Below are positions 15,401 through 32,404 of a DNA stretch of 64,000 nt, piece by piece. How positions within the stretch are numbered: position 1 is the first letter of the stretch; the number at the start of each line of letters is the position of its first letter. The position numbers and the translations under genes are program-made. The notes beneath the pieces are model-generated. The model worked only from the letters and a program-made list of their open reading frames with translations. It did not search any database and was not told the origin of the DNA. The DNA is from the human T2T-CHM13v2.0 reference genome, Homo sapiens, in NCBI RefSeq assembly GCF_009914755.1, contig NC_060925.1, one strand, 5' to 3'.

Positions 15401-16110
15401 CACCTCACTCCTGCAAGAATGGCCATAATCAAAAAATCAAAAAAATAATCGACGTAGGCACAGATGCAGTGAAAAGGGAACACTTTTACACTGTTGGTGG
15501 GAATGTAAACCAGTACAACCACTATGGAAAACAGTGGAGATTCCTAAAGAACTAAAAGTAAATCTACCATTTGATTCAGCAGTCCCACTACTGGGTATTC
15601 TACCAAAAGGAAAAGAAGTCATTATACAAAAAAGATACCTGCATACACATTTATAGCAGCACAATTTGCAATTGCAAAAATATGGAACCAGCCCAAATGC
15701 CCATCAGTCAACAAATGGATAAAGAAAATGTGGTATATATATACACCATGGAATAACACTCAACCATAAAAAGGAACAAAATAATGGCATTCGCAGCCAC
15801 CTAGATGGAATTGGAGACCATTAATCTAAGTAAAGTAACTCAGGAATGGAAAACCAAACATCGTATGTTGTCACTCATATGTGGGAGCTAAGCTATGAGG
15901 ATGCAAAGGCATAGGAATGATACACTGGACATCGGGGACTCAGGAGAAACGTTGGGAGGGGTTGAGGGATAAAAGACTACACATTGGGTACAGTGTACAC
16001 TGCTCAGGAGATGGATACACCAAAATCTCAGAAATCCCCACTAAAGAGCTTATTCATGCAACCAAACACCACCTGCTCCCCAAAAACCTATTGAAATTAA
16101 AAAAGAAAAA
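9455..16110 (+). mobile_element. Near full-length degenerate L1PB1-type LINE-1 (5'UTR, ORF1, ORF2, 3'UTR), antisense to SMYD3
   Basis: 5' AAGATGGCG start. ORF1 remnant (10788-11033). ORF2 endonuclease remnants (12091-12900: CCLQETHL, SDHSGIKLEI) and RT remnant (13792-13983: [14 protein letters not shown]). L1PB1-like 3'UTR with A-rich tail. Many stops and frameshifts. Confidence 0.93.
11243..11776 (+). mobile_element. MER41A solo LTR (ERV1) inserted in L1 ORF1
   Basis: TGTCAGAGGC...TGTAACA termini and 4-bp TSD AAAC; the L1 sequence resumes across it. Confidence 0.88.
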
Positions 16111-16556
16111 GAATCTCAGAGAAAAAAATAATAACGCATGGCCCTGGACCCATAGATCTCCATGTACTACAGGAGAATGCTGTGGTACGCACCCCCAGCA
16201 CCGCCCCCACAAAAAAATGTCCTTTTTAAAAACTTTGGTAGAATATACGTAACATAAAATTCACTATTTTAACCATTTTAAGTGCCCTACTTCACTTCAT
16301 AGATACTGATCTCTCCATATCAAATTCAAATCCAGTCCATAAACTGGTTAAAAGTATTTTATACCCTTCAAATATACAAATTTTGTCTTAAATTATCATA
16401 TAGTTTAATTATGAATATACTCCTCCTGAGAAATGGTTTTAAAATTCCATTTAATTCAATTACTACTTTAGACATGCTGAGTTGAGATGCTTTAACTATC
16501 TCCCCCAAATCACCTGGGTGACAAAAAAGCAGATATTTTTAAAAACCTGAATTATA

Positions 16557-18099
16557 GCTCTCCCTCTCCCTCTCCCTCTCCCTTTCCCACGGTCTCCCTC
16601 TCCCTCTCCACGGTCTCCCTCTCCCTCTCTTTCCACGGTCTCCCTCTGATGCCGAGCCGAAGCTGGACTGTACTGCTGCCATCTCGGCTCACTGCAACCT
16701 CCCTGCCTGATTCTCCCGCCTCAGCCTGCCAAGTGCCTGCGATTGCAGGCGCGCACCGCCACGCCTGACTGGTTTTCGTATTTTTTTGGTGGAGACGGGG
16801 TTTCGCTGTGTTGGCCGGGCTGGTCTCCAGCTCCTAACCGCGAGTGATCCGCCAGCCTCGGCCTCCCGGAGGTGCAGGGATTGCAGATGGAGTCTCGTTC
16901 ACTCAGTGGTCAATGGTGCCCAGGCTGGAGTGCAGTGGCGTGATCTCGGCTCGCTACAACCTCCACCTCCCAGCCGCCTGCCTTGGCCTCCCAAAGTGCC
17001 GAGATTGCAGCCTCTGCCCGGCCGCCACCCCGTCTGGGAAGTGAGGAGCGTCTCTGCCTGGCCGCCCATCGTCTGGGATGTGAGGAGCCCCTCTGCCTGG
17101 CTGCCCAGTCTGGAAAGTGAGGAGCGTCTCTGCCCAGCCGCCATCCCATCTAGGAAGTGAGAAGCGTCTCTGCCCGGCCGCCCATCGTCTGAGATGTGGG
17201 GAGCGCCTCTGCCCCACCGCCCCTTCTGGGAGGTGAGGAGCGTCTCTGCCTGGCCGCCCCGTCTGAGAAGTGAGGAGCCCCTCCGCCCGGCAGCCGCCCC
17301 GTCTGAGAAGTGAGGAGCCCCTCCGCCCGGCAGCCACCCCGTCTGGGAAGTGAGGAGCGTCTCCGCCCGGCAGCCACCCCGTCCGGGAGGGAGGTGGGGG
17401 TTAGCCCCCGCCAGGCCAGCCGCCCCGTCCGGGAGGGAGGTGGGGGGGTCAGCCCCCCGCCCGGCCAGCCGCCCCATCCGGGAGGTGAGGGGCGCCTCTG
17501 CCCGGCCGCCCCTACTGGGAAGTGAGGAGCCCCTCTGCCCGGCCACCACCCCGTCTGGGAGGTGTACCCCACAGTTCATTGAGAACGGGCCATGATGACA
17601 ATGGCGGTTTTGTGGAATAGAAAAGGGGGAAAGGTGGGGAAAAGACTGAGAAATCGGATGGTTGCCGTGTCTGTGTAGAAAGAAGTAGACATGGGAGACT
17701 TTTCATTTTGTTCTGTACTAAGAAAAACTCTTCTGCCTTGGGATCCTGTTGATCTGTGACCTTACCCCCCAACCCTGTGCTCTCTGAAACATGTGCTGTG
17801 TCCACTCAGGGTTGAATGGATTAAGGGCTGTGCAAGATGTGCTTTGTTAAACAGATGCTTGAAGGCAGCATGCTCGTTAAGAGTCATCACCACTCCCTAA
17901 TCTCAAGTACCCAGGGACACAAACACTGCGGAAGGCCGCAGGGTCCTCTGCCTAGGAAAACCAGAGACCTTTGTTCACTTGTTTATCTGCTGACCTTCCC
18001 TCCACTATTGTCCTATGACCCTGCCAAATCCCCCTCTGTGAGAAACACCCAAGAATGATCAATAAAAAAATAAATAAATAAAAAGGAAAAAGAAAAAAA
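16557..18099 (+). mobile_element. Full-length SVA (SVA_D-like): CCCTCT hexamers, antisense Alu-like domain, GC-rich VNTR, SINE-R, AATAAA and A-rich tail
   Basis: All SVA domains are present in order. 5' TSD aaaaacctgaattata (16541-16556) follows a TTTTT/AAAAA L1 endonuclease site. Confidence 0.96.
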
Positions 18100-18379
18100 G
18101 AGAGAGAGGCAGGAGGCTTAGAGTCAGAGAAGTCAATGTGGTGCTGGGATCTGAGAAAAAGAACCTGGAAGATGGTCAGTTGCTGGCTTTGAAGATGGAG
18201 GAAGACACTGAACCAAGGGATGCAGGACAAGCTGGAAAAGGCAAGGACACAGATTTTCCCTGGAGCTTCCCAGAGGAAGCCAACATCTGGATTTTAGTCC
18301 CATAAGACTCATCTCAGATTTGTGAGCTCCAGGACTGTAAGGTAATAAATGCGTGTGGTTGTAAGCCAAAAAAAAAAAA
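18100..18379 (+). mobile_element. MLT1D-like LTR fragment plus poly(A), 3'-transduced by the SVA
   Basis: MLT1 motifs (gctggctttgaagatggagg, gctggaaaaggcaagga), AATAAA at 18344-18349, poly(A) from 18368, then 3' TSD aaaaacctgaattgta (18380-18395). Confidence 0.85.
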
Positions 18380-19430
18380 AAAAACCTGAATTGTAAAATA
18401 AAAACAATAAATCTGATGGTAAAATTCACAGTGACAAGGATCAGACGGGACTGTGTATAGTTTCAAGGTGGTCAAGGGCTCTAAAAGTCAACCTATAATA
18501 CTAACATCAATGACAAAACAGAACAGCTCTTTCTAAGCACTTCTGATATGACAGGCACAGTACGAAGCTCTTTACATCTATTAACTCACACTAAATTTGA
18601 AACAGTTCTGTATAAGGTAAGCAGTCTTATTATGCCGACTTTAGAGATATTTCAATACGTTTTCAAAAGATAAAAAGTAGATGGAGTAGTACACACTGCT
18701 AAGGCATCACACCATAAAGTGAAAGTGGCAGGTGATACTGAAAGGATAAAAACGGAATCCTATAGAGAATCAGAACTTGAATACATCAGGTACCTCACCC
18801 CTGAAAGAACAGAAGTGAGTTATGGGGCGTAAAACATGGGGAGTGGTTAAAAGTCTAAATAAAGCAACATCAAAAAATTCCATCCACCCCCAAGTGCAGA
18901 ACTCTAGCTTCTAGGTATCAATACTCCAGCAACAAGCCAAACCCAAACAATCGGGCCCTAGAGTTCTTGATTGTAACCACACACCACACTACCATTCTTC
19001 AGTGAAACTGGATACAATCAAGTCAACACTTAGCTGTTCATGAGACACACTTCAAACAAAAGGACATGCAATGGTGGAATGAAAAGGATAGTTCAGGCAA
19101 ATATGAACTCAAAAAAAGCCTGTGTAACTACATAAGTTTCTGAAAAAAAGAGACTTGAAGGTTAAAAGCATTAATAGAGATAAAGCCAATACACAGTGAC
19201 AAAAGACTTCCATCACCAACTGTTACATACAAAGTAACCAATATACCCAGTCTCAAAATCTATAAAGTATACATCACAGATCTCTAAGGAAAAAATGACC
19301 CATATACAATAAGTTAAAGCAGGGCCTGGAATACAGCAGGTACCATATAAGAGTTAGACATTATAAATTCTCTTTCAGAAATTCATAGATCTAGAAGATA
19401 AAGAATAAGTAGATAAAGAAGATAAGAATA

Positions 19431-19659
<229 letters not shown>

Positions 19660-20804
19660 TTAGGAATATAAGAATATTACTCAAGATTCAGTCGGGTTAA
19701 AAACAAGGGAATTCTGGGGAAATGATGGCAGTGATGTAATTTTTTAATCTCCTTGACTCTCCCCATAAAAAAAAAGTAGGACAGTAAAACCTAATCACCA
19801 CTCCCCACCCTGGAAAACATCAATAACAAACCTCAAAATATGACTGGGTGGAAAAAACTATGAGTGGTTCTGAGAGCAGAATTAAATCAGTATCTTTACT
19901 GTAGGAAACAAGGCAACTTAACTTCCAACAGACCTGTAAACAAGGAGGCCCCAAATCGCCAAAAGCTGTCCAGCATAGAATGCCAAGCCAATCTGAGAAC
20001 CGCAGCCAAAACTGGGAGAGGGTTCTTTCTTTAGCAAACCTCTTTAAGATGAATTCCCCAGGGCTGCTCTGAACCCTGCCTTCCCTAGACCTGGCTCCTC
20101 AGATTTTCTCACTTCCCTCTCTCTTGTCTAAGTTAATCAGAGGCTATGTCTGTTGGCTAAAAATAAAGATCCACAAGTACATACAAAATGTTTGTTCTTG
20201 ATTTTAAAAAATAACGAGCAGAATCAAGATACCTAAGAAGCTCAGGTGATGAACACCTAGCAAATATCAATCCTTCATTTCCTCCTCCCTCCCATAGCTA
20301 CCAAAAAAACGCTATAATAAATGTTGACACAGAAGTTTGGTAAACTAACTAACAAGATAATTCAGAGTACTTGAATAATTTATGTGTCATTTAAGGTGTG
20401 ATGGCAATTCCTTAACATGAGTTATTTAAATGTTTGGGATTGTTTTTACATATTAAATGACTAAATAAATAAATCTAAATTCTTACTTTCAAAAAAAAGG
20501 CAAGTTGAGTCCAAGAAAAAAGTGATGTGTGCTTGATTAAACCAACTACTGAAACTTTGATATGTTACTGCTTTTCTCTTTGGGGCATGGTTCAGAGCAG
20601 CAGCCCCCTGGCAGGCTCCCCTGCAGAGAAAATACTTGGGCAGCAGTGAGAGGGAACAGGAGGTCAGCAGAAACACAGCCACCAGACAGTACGAGAAAAC
20701 CTTCTTTTTCTCTTAAAAAAAAAAAAAAAGCAAGAGGGCCACATCTGTAATTTCAACCTCAGTGACACGCTTGGGGAGCATAGAATCATCTCAAAAACAA
20801 AATT

Positions 20805-21105
<301 letters not shown>

Positions 21106-21650
21106 TCATTTCAAATTGAACAACAAAGCCGTATTTTTTGGGGAAAAAAAGAGAAATGTCTATGTCAAATCAAAAACATAATTAATTAGCAGTTTATAGA
21201 AAAAGGACCACTTATTTTAGGTAGCTTCAGAGGCTAAAACAAGAAATAGTGAATGGAAGTTAGAGGAGGGCAGATTTTACCTAAATTGTAACGATTTTTC
21301 TGGTGACAGCAACTGTTCAGAAGTCTAATGCAATGCCTTGAGAAGCGTAGGGTTCCCAGTGAGTTGACATGTTTAAGGAGAATCTAGTAGTAAGTATATT
21401 TGCTAGACATGAGGTAAGAGAATTTCCAGTATTGCAAAAGAGAAGGAGTTAGATAAGTTTTCTTCCAACTCCAAAATTATTTGGTTTTGTTTCTCTTGTG
21501 CAACCAATAAATATAAACTAAATTTGAAGATGACAGAAATTGTGCATATTTTAAGGCAAAGTATGGTGGTCTCAGAAAGGTAGAGAACATGCTGTTTGCA
21601 GAGTGTTTGTCTAAAAAGTCGATCCAGAACTGGAGTTTCTGAATGAAAAA

Positions 21651-21874
21651 CCGCAACCTCTGCCTCCCGGGTTGAAGCAATTCTTATGCCTCAACCTCCT
21701 GAGTAGCTGGGATTACAGGCGTGCACAAACACGCCCAGCTAATCTTTGTATTTTAGTAGAGATGGGGTTTCACTGTGTTGGCCAGGCTGCTCTCGAACTC
21801 CTGGCCTCAAGTGATCCGCCCACCTCAGCCTCCCAAAGTGCTGAGATTACAGGCGTGAGCCACCATGCCCAGCC
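21651..21874 (-). mobile_element. AluS lacking its 3' end and tail
   Basis: Antisense Alu starting abruptly at ccgcaacctc. Confidence 0.85.
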
Positions 21875-22709
21875 AAAAAATAATCTTAAAAAAATAAGTG
21901 AGGAATGTATCAGTCAGAGAAAAGTGATTTTTACCTTTTTTCCCTTCATTTCAAAGATGAATATTAGCATTGTACCACCAAATAAGAGAAGATATTGATA
22001 TTATTTTTTACCAAAATAAATGGGATCGTTAGCAACCCACCCTCTTCAAAAAAAGCAAAAAGGAATCCCCTATCACTTGTTCATACAAACCTGACTCTAG
22101 AGAACGGAGTGTCATATCAAAGAAAATTCTTAGGTTACTCAGTGTCCCAGACACAGTGGTTCATGGAGCACAAGTTAAGTCCTCTCTTCTGGGTATAGGC
22201 TGGGCCATAATTAGTTTCTCCAACAGCCTAAGCTACTGAAATGTAAAAAGAAAATAAAAACTGGGCAAAATTAATTGTTCTTCAGTCTTCCAGTATACAA
22301 ATTAAAAACTTAGATATGGGTATAGCAGGAACAACCACCTCTAAGAAATTTTTAAGAAGTGGGGCGTGAAATTAATTGAGTCACTCAAATCTCAACTATG
22401 GGGGTACTATCTTAGGGACCATCTCTCTATCCTTCTTGGGTGTCAGAGGGAAAGAGTATGTCCATGTTTAGAAACTCTGTGCTAAAACCATAAAACCAGT
22501 TACCAGACAGTAGGAAGGAAGTTTCCTGGAATGGATATAGAAAGCAAAAAAATCCTAGTGACTCCCAAATTCCCCCCAGCCCTGGGACCCACAGAATCCA
22601 CTTTAAACTTCCTATAGAGAAAAAAATTCATCTACAACACATTCCTATATAATCAACTCATTATTCAGAGCTCCTTCCTAGTAACATGTCTTAATTACCT
22701 AAAAGTCTC

Positions 22710-23163
22710 TGTGATGGTTAATACTGAGTGTCAACTTGATTGGATTGAAGGATGCAACATATTGTTCCTGGGTATGTCTATGAGGTTGTGGCCAAAGGAG
22801 ATAAACATTTGAGTCAGTGGACTGGGAAAGGCAGACCCCCCCTCAACCTGGGTGGGCACCATCTAATCAGCTGCCAGCACAGCTAGAATCAAAGCAGGCA
22901 GGAGATCGTGAAAAGGCTAGACTGGCTTAGTCTCCCGACCTACACCTTTCTCCCATGCTGGATGCTTCCTGCCCTCAAACATCAGGCTCCAAGTTCTTCA
23001 GTTTTGGGACTCAGACTGGCTTCCTTGCTCCTCCGCCTGCAGATGACCTATATTGGGACCTTGTAATCATGTGAGTTAATTCTTAATAAACTCATATATA
23101 CAGATAGAAAGATAGATAGATATTCCATTAGTTCTGTCCTTCTAGAGAAATCTGACTAATACA
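22710..23163 (+). mobile_element. MLT2A solo LTR (ERVL), copy 1
   Basis: TGTGATGGTTAATACTGAGTGTCAACTTG...CTAATACA; the flanks GTCTC and ACCAC do not form a TSD. Confidence 0.9.
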
Positions 23164-23665
23164 ACCACTTAGCAGCTGTGTAATACTAAGCAGTTTAACC
23201 TCTCAAAACCACTGAACTAAAATGAGCATAAATAATAATAATAACATTACATGGGCCCTGAGATTTAAATGAAACTTAAAAACTTAATATCATGCTTGGT
23301 TCACAGAAGTGCTCGGTAACTATTACTCATTATCATCACAGTTTTACTATTATTTTAAGATTTTTAAATTGCAAACTTTCAAGATGTTTCTAGATATCAT
23401 CTGAAATATCTTAGTACTAACAGATTAAACAATACTAATATATTAACTAGTTTAGCCACTGTACACAAATTCAGAATTTTATAAACCTTTGAATGTTTAT
23501 AATCCTTAGAATATTTTTCCTAGTTATTTTTGGGAAAATTTCAGAATTTTTAAAAATTGAAGTGATTACACCCACCATCCACCTATCAAATGGCTATTAA
23601 CACACACCAGTAGATGTGGTCAAAATTGTACAGACTCATAGGAAAATAGAATTGATTTGGATTCA

Positions 23666-23980
23666 TTTTTCTTTCTTTTTTATTTTTGAGACAGGGTCTC
23701 GCTCTGTTACCCAGGCTGGAGCACAATGGCGCAAACACAGCTCACTGAAGCCTCTACCTCCCAGGCTCAGGTGATTCTCCTACCTCAGCCTCCCAAGTAC
23801 CTGGGACCACAGGTGCATGCCACTACACTTGGCTAATTTTTTAAATTATTTGTAGAGACAGGGTCTCCCTATGTTGCCCAGGCTAGTCTCAAACTTCTGG
23901 ACTCAAGCAATCCTCCCACCTCAGCCTCCCAAAGTGCTAAGATTAGAGGCGTGATTAGATTAGAGCCACTGCACCCAGCC
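23666..23980 (-). mobile_element. AluJ
   Basis: Antisense dimer; TSD ggattc(a/c)ttttt. Confidence 0.87.
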
Positions 23981-26751
23981 TGGGATTCCTTTTTCTACAT
24001 TCCATTTCATCTTATTTCACATTTCTAACACAAAGTATAAAACAAAAAAAAAAATGTAATGGTTAGTATTTCGAGGAAAATTAATCTATACTTCACTGGC
24101 ACCATACCTTCCTAGGAGAAACACAAGCACCTTAAATCCAGCACTTTGGGAAAAGCACAGCAAAATATGTGGACCCAGTTAGAATCCGAGAGGCAGACCA
24201 GCTGCTTGAGTACTCCCCTTCCACTGTCTGCAACCCTCTAAACTAAAGCTAATATCCTTGTGGAGCCTGTGCCATCTGATAAACACAAACCCCAGGTGTG
24301 AATTCAACAAGTGCTCAGCAACCGGCCACCATGGGCATCATCGCATAACGTCCCGGGTGGATGACAGTGGAGAGGGTAATGCAGTCACTGCTTCTTGGAG
24401 ATGGCAATCAAGAAAGGCAGACCAACACACATCACTTGCAGAATGAACCATAATACAAAACCATTTTTTGAGAAGTGACACAGACTATACAGGACCCCAG
24501 TTCAGGTGAAGGAAATGTCACTTTCTGATGAATAAAGAGTGAGTGGCACAGAATGGTAGGACTATTTTGGGGGACAAGGAAATAAAAGGTTTTAGTAGTT
24601 TAGGGTTCAAAACCTGCAATACTTACTAGGGGCGTACCCTTGTAACATCTTGTAGCCTCAATTTCCTCCTCTGCAAAGTGGGAATAAGTGACTTACTCAC
24701 GGGACTGCAAGGCAAACTATGAGATAATCTATATGGAGCGCCTGCTAACACAGCACCAAGCAAAGTATTTAGTGCAGAGTTAAAACTGAGGCTGCTGGGT
24801 GTATTCTCAAATTGTTCAGGATAGTTTTGTCCATCTCTATCAGAAAAGTTTCTTCTATATCACTTCCATGGTTACTAAAAACGGAAAAAAGCTACATCTA
24901 CGTGTGTCACAAATGTCGTCATCTCCACACAGGTACACAGACCATTTATTAATACCACTTTTTGAAACCCACATGTAGCCAGACTACTTGGCTCTAATTT
25001 CAAATTTTGACTAGTATCCTAAGTATTTGATACCTCAATCTACATTCACTGAAGTCATAAGTTTTAATGTGATCAGAATAACTGACTTCAAAGTGGTCTA
25101 ATTCAAGAAGCTCCAACTTTAAAGTTGTAAAAATGCTTTTTGAAGGTTGCATTTGTAGAAATGAAATTTGAAAAGACTATTAAATATTCAATAATATTAA
25201 AAGGCAATTACAACTCCTAACATTCTGTTTGCTTTAGGCAAGGTAATGTCTGTAACAAGCTAAGGAGCAAATTAAAACGCCAGGGTCCTTATATTTTAAA
25301 ACAACACGGTTCTAAACTCTCCTCATCATACTAACAGTATTTAAAAGATTATACACTGCCTGTTGTAAGTCACTCGGACAGCTAATCATTGGAAATAAGT
25401 GAATTAAGAATCGGTATTAAAATACACTGGCTTGTTTTTCAGGTGGAGCACAGTGAGTAGACTGGAGAAAGCTGTGACCAAGATGAACTGCAGAAAAGGA
25501 AGTTTTTTCTAGTAACAACACCCGTCCCTAAATAAGCAACCTCTTCAGTCTAGTCTAGTAACACAACTCTGATCATCTAAGAGATGTGTTCAATTTCCCT
25601 AAGTCTTCTTGAAATCTAAAATAATTTTTAAAAAATGAGGAAGAAGAAAAAAATCTGATTTTTCCCAAAGATTGAAATCAAACACCCTTTAGGTGTATAA
25701 CTATTGCTAGTACAAATATCACAGTAAATACATTTTTAAAAAGTACCATGGGTAAAATTTCAAATAAGGTATAACAATATTTGATCAATATTTTCATAAC
25801 ATACTATGACGTAAGCCTTCAAAATGGCAACAGATGCCCACCTTGAGTTCAGTTCCAGAAAATATTTTGTCACTCTAGAAAAATTCTCTCTCTTACTTCC
25901 TCCAATTAGAAAACAACACATCAGCACCATGCTTCCACTTCAGCTTCGGGGGTGGGAAAATCAAAAGCTAAATTCACTAATTGGAGTCGTTTGTTCATTT
26001 AAGAGGCCTGAAGCCATCTTCTCCTTCTGCCTGCTTTAAATATTTGCTCTTCTGTTTTACAATTATGTATAATACTTTGTTTAACTTTTAACTGTAAATT
26101 GCCTCAAGTCTCCTTGGAACTAAGCAATGACAAAATCTCAATTAATTCATTCTCTCTTTTGGAAAATAAAATGACACTTTAAGTTTATAAAGAAAGACTA
26201 GCATGCTGCCTAGTTCCTAAGTAAAGAAACCTTCAAAGAAGAGGCCTTAAGAGACATGGAATTAAATGTTACAGCTGCAAGTGCACTATAATTAATTACA
26301 AATTCTCATCGATTTTTATTAAGAGGTCAATCATCTGCTGATAGCCATGGAACGACAGTTAACGGGGGTTGGTGCAAGCACTTTGATGCCTGCTGACCCT
26401 CCTCTAGTGAGCATGTTGTATGCCCAAGAGAAGGCTCTCCATGGCCCTAAAATACCACTCAGATATTTTTCTTATCAAACACCCATCTGAGTTTGAGCAT
26501 ATCTTTTTATTCTATTTTTTTAGCACATGTCTGTAGCAGCCAGAGAGTTTAAGAATACCTTGAGATGAAGTATAGACATCCCTCTAAAAGGCTATGACTA
26601 CAAGTCATTTGCACTTAGTATGAATTAATTTATTCAGATAATCTTACTTCCTTTTTCCACTTAGCTGAGATTTTAGGAATAGAGATTTTGCATAGAGTAG
26701 GTACAGAAAGAGGAGATAACAGTGCTGAACATTTAAAAAGCCTAGAAAGAA

Positions 26752-26927
26752 GCCTGTAATCCCAGCACTTTGGGTGGCGGAAGTGGGTGGATCTCTTGAG
26801 GGCAGGGGTTAGAGACTAGCCTGGCCAACATGGCGAAACCCCATCTCTACTGGCCAGCTGCAGTGGCTCACGCCCGTAATCCAAGGACTTTGTGGGGCCG
26901 AGGCAGGCGGGTCACCTGAGGTCAGGA
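26752..26927 (+). mobile_element. Fused Alu left-arm fragments without tail or TSD
   Basis: Junction ...catctctact|ggccag...; starts and ends inside Alu sequence. Confidence 0.8.
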
Positions 26928-28385
26928 GAGAGGAGAAAATGCAGTATAACAAAAAGGGAGTTAGAATGTATAAGAACATTTCATTTTCCATAAAGTTTGG
27001 AGTCAGGCCCAACATGCTCTCAAGTATGAAATACAGAAAGTACAAGGAGGAGGAAAAATTCTAAGAGAACTGAAGAGAACTGTACTTTAAGCCTGGCTGC
27101 TTCATTTACTGCTCTCCATCTACAGGCAATGAATAAATGTATCCACCCCTAAAGGTATTCTAATCATAATAATAAAAGCTACCTAGAATGTCAAAAGGAA
27201 TTTTCATATCACATATACATTGTAAAATTAAGTTTTTTCAATGTATTAAAAAAAAGACTGAAAAGAAATAGACCAAAATATTGATTTTTTTCTTTAAATG
27301 ATACGAATTGGGGTGATTTCCCCCTCCTTTTATTTTTTCCATTTTTCAGTTTTATATAACAAGATTATTTTACTTCCATGATCAAATAAACATAAACATT
27401 AATGAAAAGGAAATATGTATTATTTAACAGCCTTAAATTGTGTCTAGTCTAACGCAGGGCATAGAGAGAAGGACAGACAGACAGATAGGTATGTCAGCTT
27501 TAATTACAATTTATTCCAATGTTTAGAATAGTAAACACAAATATATACTTTATTCAAACATAATTTAAATTAAATATTCTTTATTAATTGAATTTATTTC
27601 TAACTGGCATTAGCTACAAAGGATGTTATCAAATGAAATATTTCTTAGTTTTTGATAACATGAGAAGCTGACAACTTACAATAATAAAATCAGTATCATA
27701 TGCTAAATACAAAAATCTAATAGTTCTGGATTTAATATCTTCCACAATATAAAAAGCAATCATTTCAGAAAAGAAACTGTTATTAAAAAGAAGAAAAGCT
27801 TTTGCCATATGGAACTTGGGTTGCTCAGCCTTTTTCTGAAAAGATGTCTCAACTTCATCTGATGGTTCATATTTTATCATTTTCTTTGACTTATATGAAC
27901 TTGAAGGTCACCCAGATAAAGTAAAACTTTATTCTTTTATATTAACTTTTATTTGATTTGGAGTTAGTCAATCAAAACATTACTTGTTTGAAAATATAGA
28001 CATGGAGAAATCTTTAACAAGCAAGATATGACAGAAATTAAAGGCTATTCCACAAAACAACCCTGCCATTCATTCACTGATTCATTCTTTCAACAAAAAT
28101 ATACTGACCCCCTTCCAAATGCCAAGCACTTAATTAGAAACACAGTGGGCACTGTCCATTGTTTACCCAAAAACCACCCCACTCTTTCCTAGCATGAAGA
28201 AATACTGTGATTTGCTGATGTAGCAAACACAGAACTCTTGATTTCAGGGAGAGGAGATTGCCAGAGCCGGGGAATAAATCATGATTAATCTAAACTTAAA
28301 AAAAAAAATGTATCCCTCATGGGCACTGGCCACTCTAAGAACAAGCCATGTGGCCCGGTTTTGGCTAATGACCTGTAAACAGGTA

Positions 28386-29451
<1,066 letters not shown>

Positions 29452-29464
29452 CATTTCTAATGAG

Positions 29465-29495
<31 letters not shown>

Positions 29496-29852
29496 ACCAA
29501 TTTTCAACTTTCTCAGCACAAGACACAACATGAGAGTAAATGCCACCACTCTGTTACATCAAATAGCCAACTTCCAATTTTTGGATGAGAAAAATAAGTT
29601 AACTATTTGTTTAAGCCACTACAGTGGAAGTGTATTCACAAAGATGTAACAAAATGGTGCTTCCTCCTTTTCAATAAACAGTACAGTGGTCCTGAAAGAA
29701 CACAGCGAAGATGTTCTACATTCTAGCATACCAAGTCTTACATATGCTGCTTATTTTCTAGTCAAATAGAGCAGCACGTGTTAATACTTATATTTCTGCC
29801 CTTCAAAATTAAGGTCAAAAGATCGGCAATAATGTGAACTGGCTAAAATCTA

Positions 29853-30183
<331 letters not shown>

Positions 30184-30431
30184 TAATAAAGTTTTGGACT
30201 TTATTATTACTTAGAAATATGCCTAGCTTCTCAAAAAAACTATTTTGACACGTGATAAAGGAATGTCTGGAAAACAGATATGGTCTGATTAAGATATAAA
30301 TATGATGGTATAAATATTACAGTATTACATATATATACACACACAGCTCTCTACGTGTCTTGCTATTTCATATTGATAGAACCGATCTTATGTTCATATT
30401 GATGGACATTAGTGTTGATAACAATGTTTTA

Positions 30432-30854
<423 letters not shown>

Positions 30855-30960
30855 TTAAAAATTACTGAAGGATCTTAAAGAGGCTTTACTTAGGTCGACT
30901 TCTCTACTGATATTTAATGTATTACAGATTAAAATTAAGACGTTAAAAAAATAACGTATT

Positions 30961-31258
<298 letters not shown>

Positions 31259-31259
31259 T

Positions 31260-31900
<641 letters not shown>

Positions 31901-32404
31901 CATTCCATTTCTTTAAAGTATGTATTCCTAGAAGTAAAACTGCTGAGTTGCAAGAAAGCACAACTTGAACAATTTTGCATATTGACAAACAGGTCTCCAA
32001 GGCAGCTGGAGGAATTTACACTCTCACAGCCATATAATGAGAGTTCCCCTAAATCTGTATCTCATCACCTCTTGATACCGTCATTTCACATTCTGCCGGT
32101 CTGATGGGTGAAAATGTTATCTCAATGTGCTTTCCCTTGACAAATGGTCAGGGTTTGAGCATCTTTTCATGTCTATTCACCATGCATAATTTCCCTTTTA
32201 TCAACTGCCTGTTCATAGCATTTGCATATTTTCTACTGAGTTTTCTTAGTGAATTTAATCATTTGTTGAGTGCCTGTTTTACAAACTCATTTCTCACAGA
32301 CTGTGTCTGTATTTCACAACTAGGCACTATGAAAGAATATAATACTGTAATTAAATAGCTTACACTAGTGCCACGTGGCCTGGAATTAAAATTTAGTTGA
32401 CCAC

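Noticed and set aside
9455-16110. Active L1
   Set aside because: ORF1 and ORF2 are broken by stops, frameshifts and an LTR insertion; old subfamily; no convincing TSD.
16786-18058. Cluster of 66-226 aa ORFs
   Set aside because: Typical spurious ORFs of the GC-rich SVA VNTR and Alu-like domain.
18100-18367. Pre-existing local MLT1D into which the SVA inserted
   Set aside because: It lies inside the SVA's TSD pair, ends in a poly(A), and has no 5' half upstream of the SVA.
27629-27880. 83-aa ORF as a processed pseudogene or transposase remnant
   Set aside because: No recognisable homology, poly(A) or TSD; AT-rich sequence. A translated search would be needed.
29469-29495. Isolated poly(T) run as an orphan retro-tail
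   Set aside because: No flanking duplication is visible, unlike 52317-52416.
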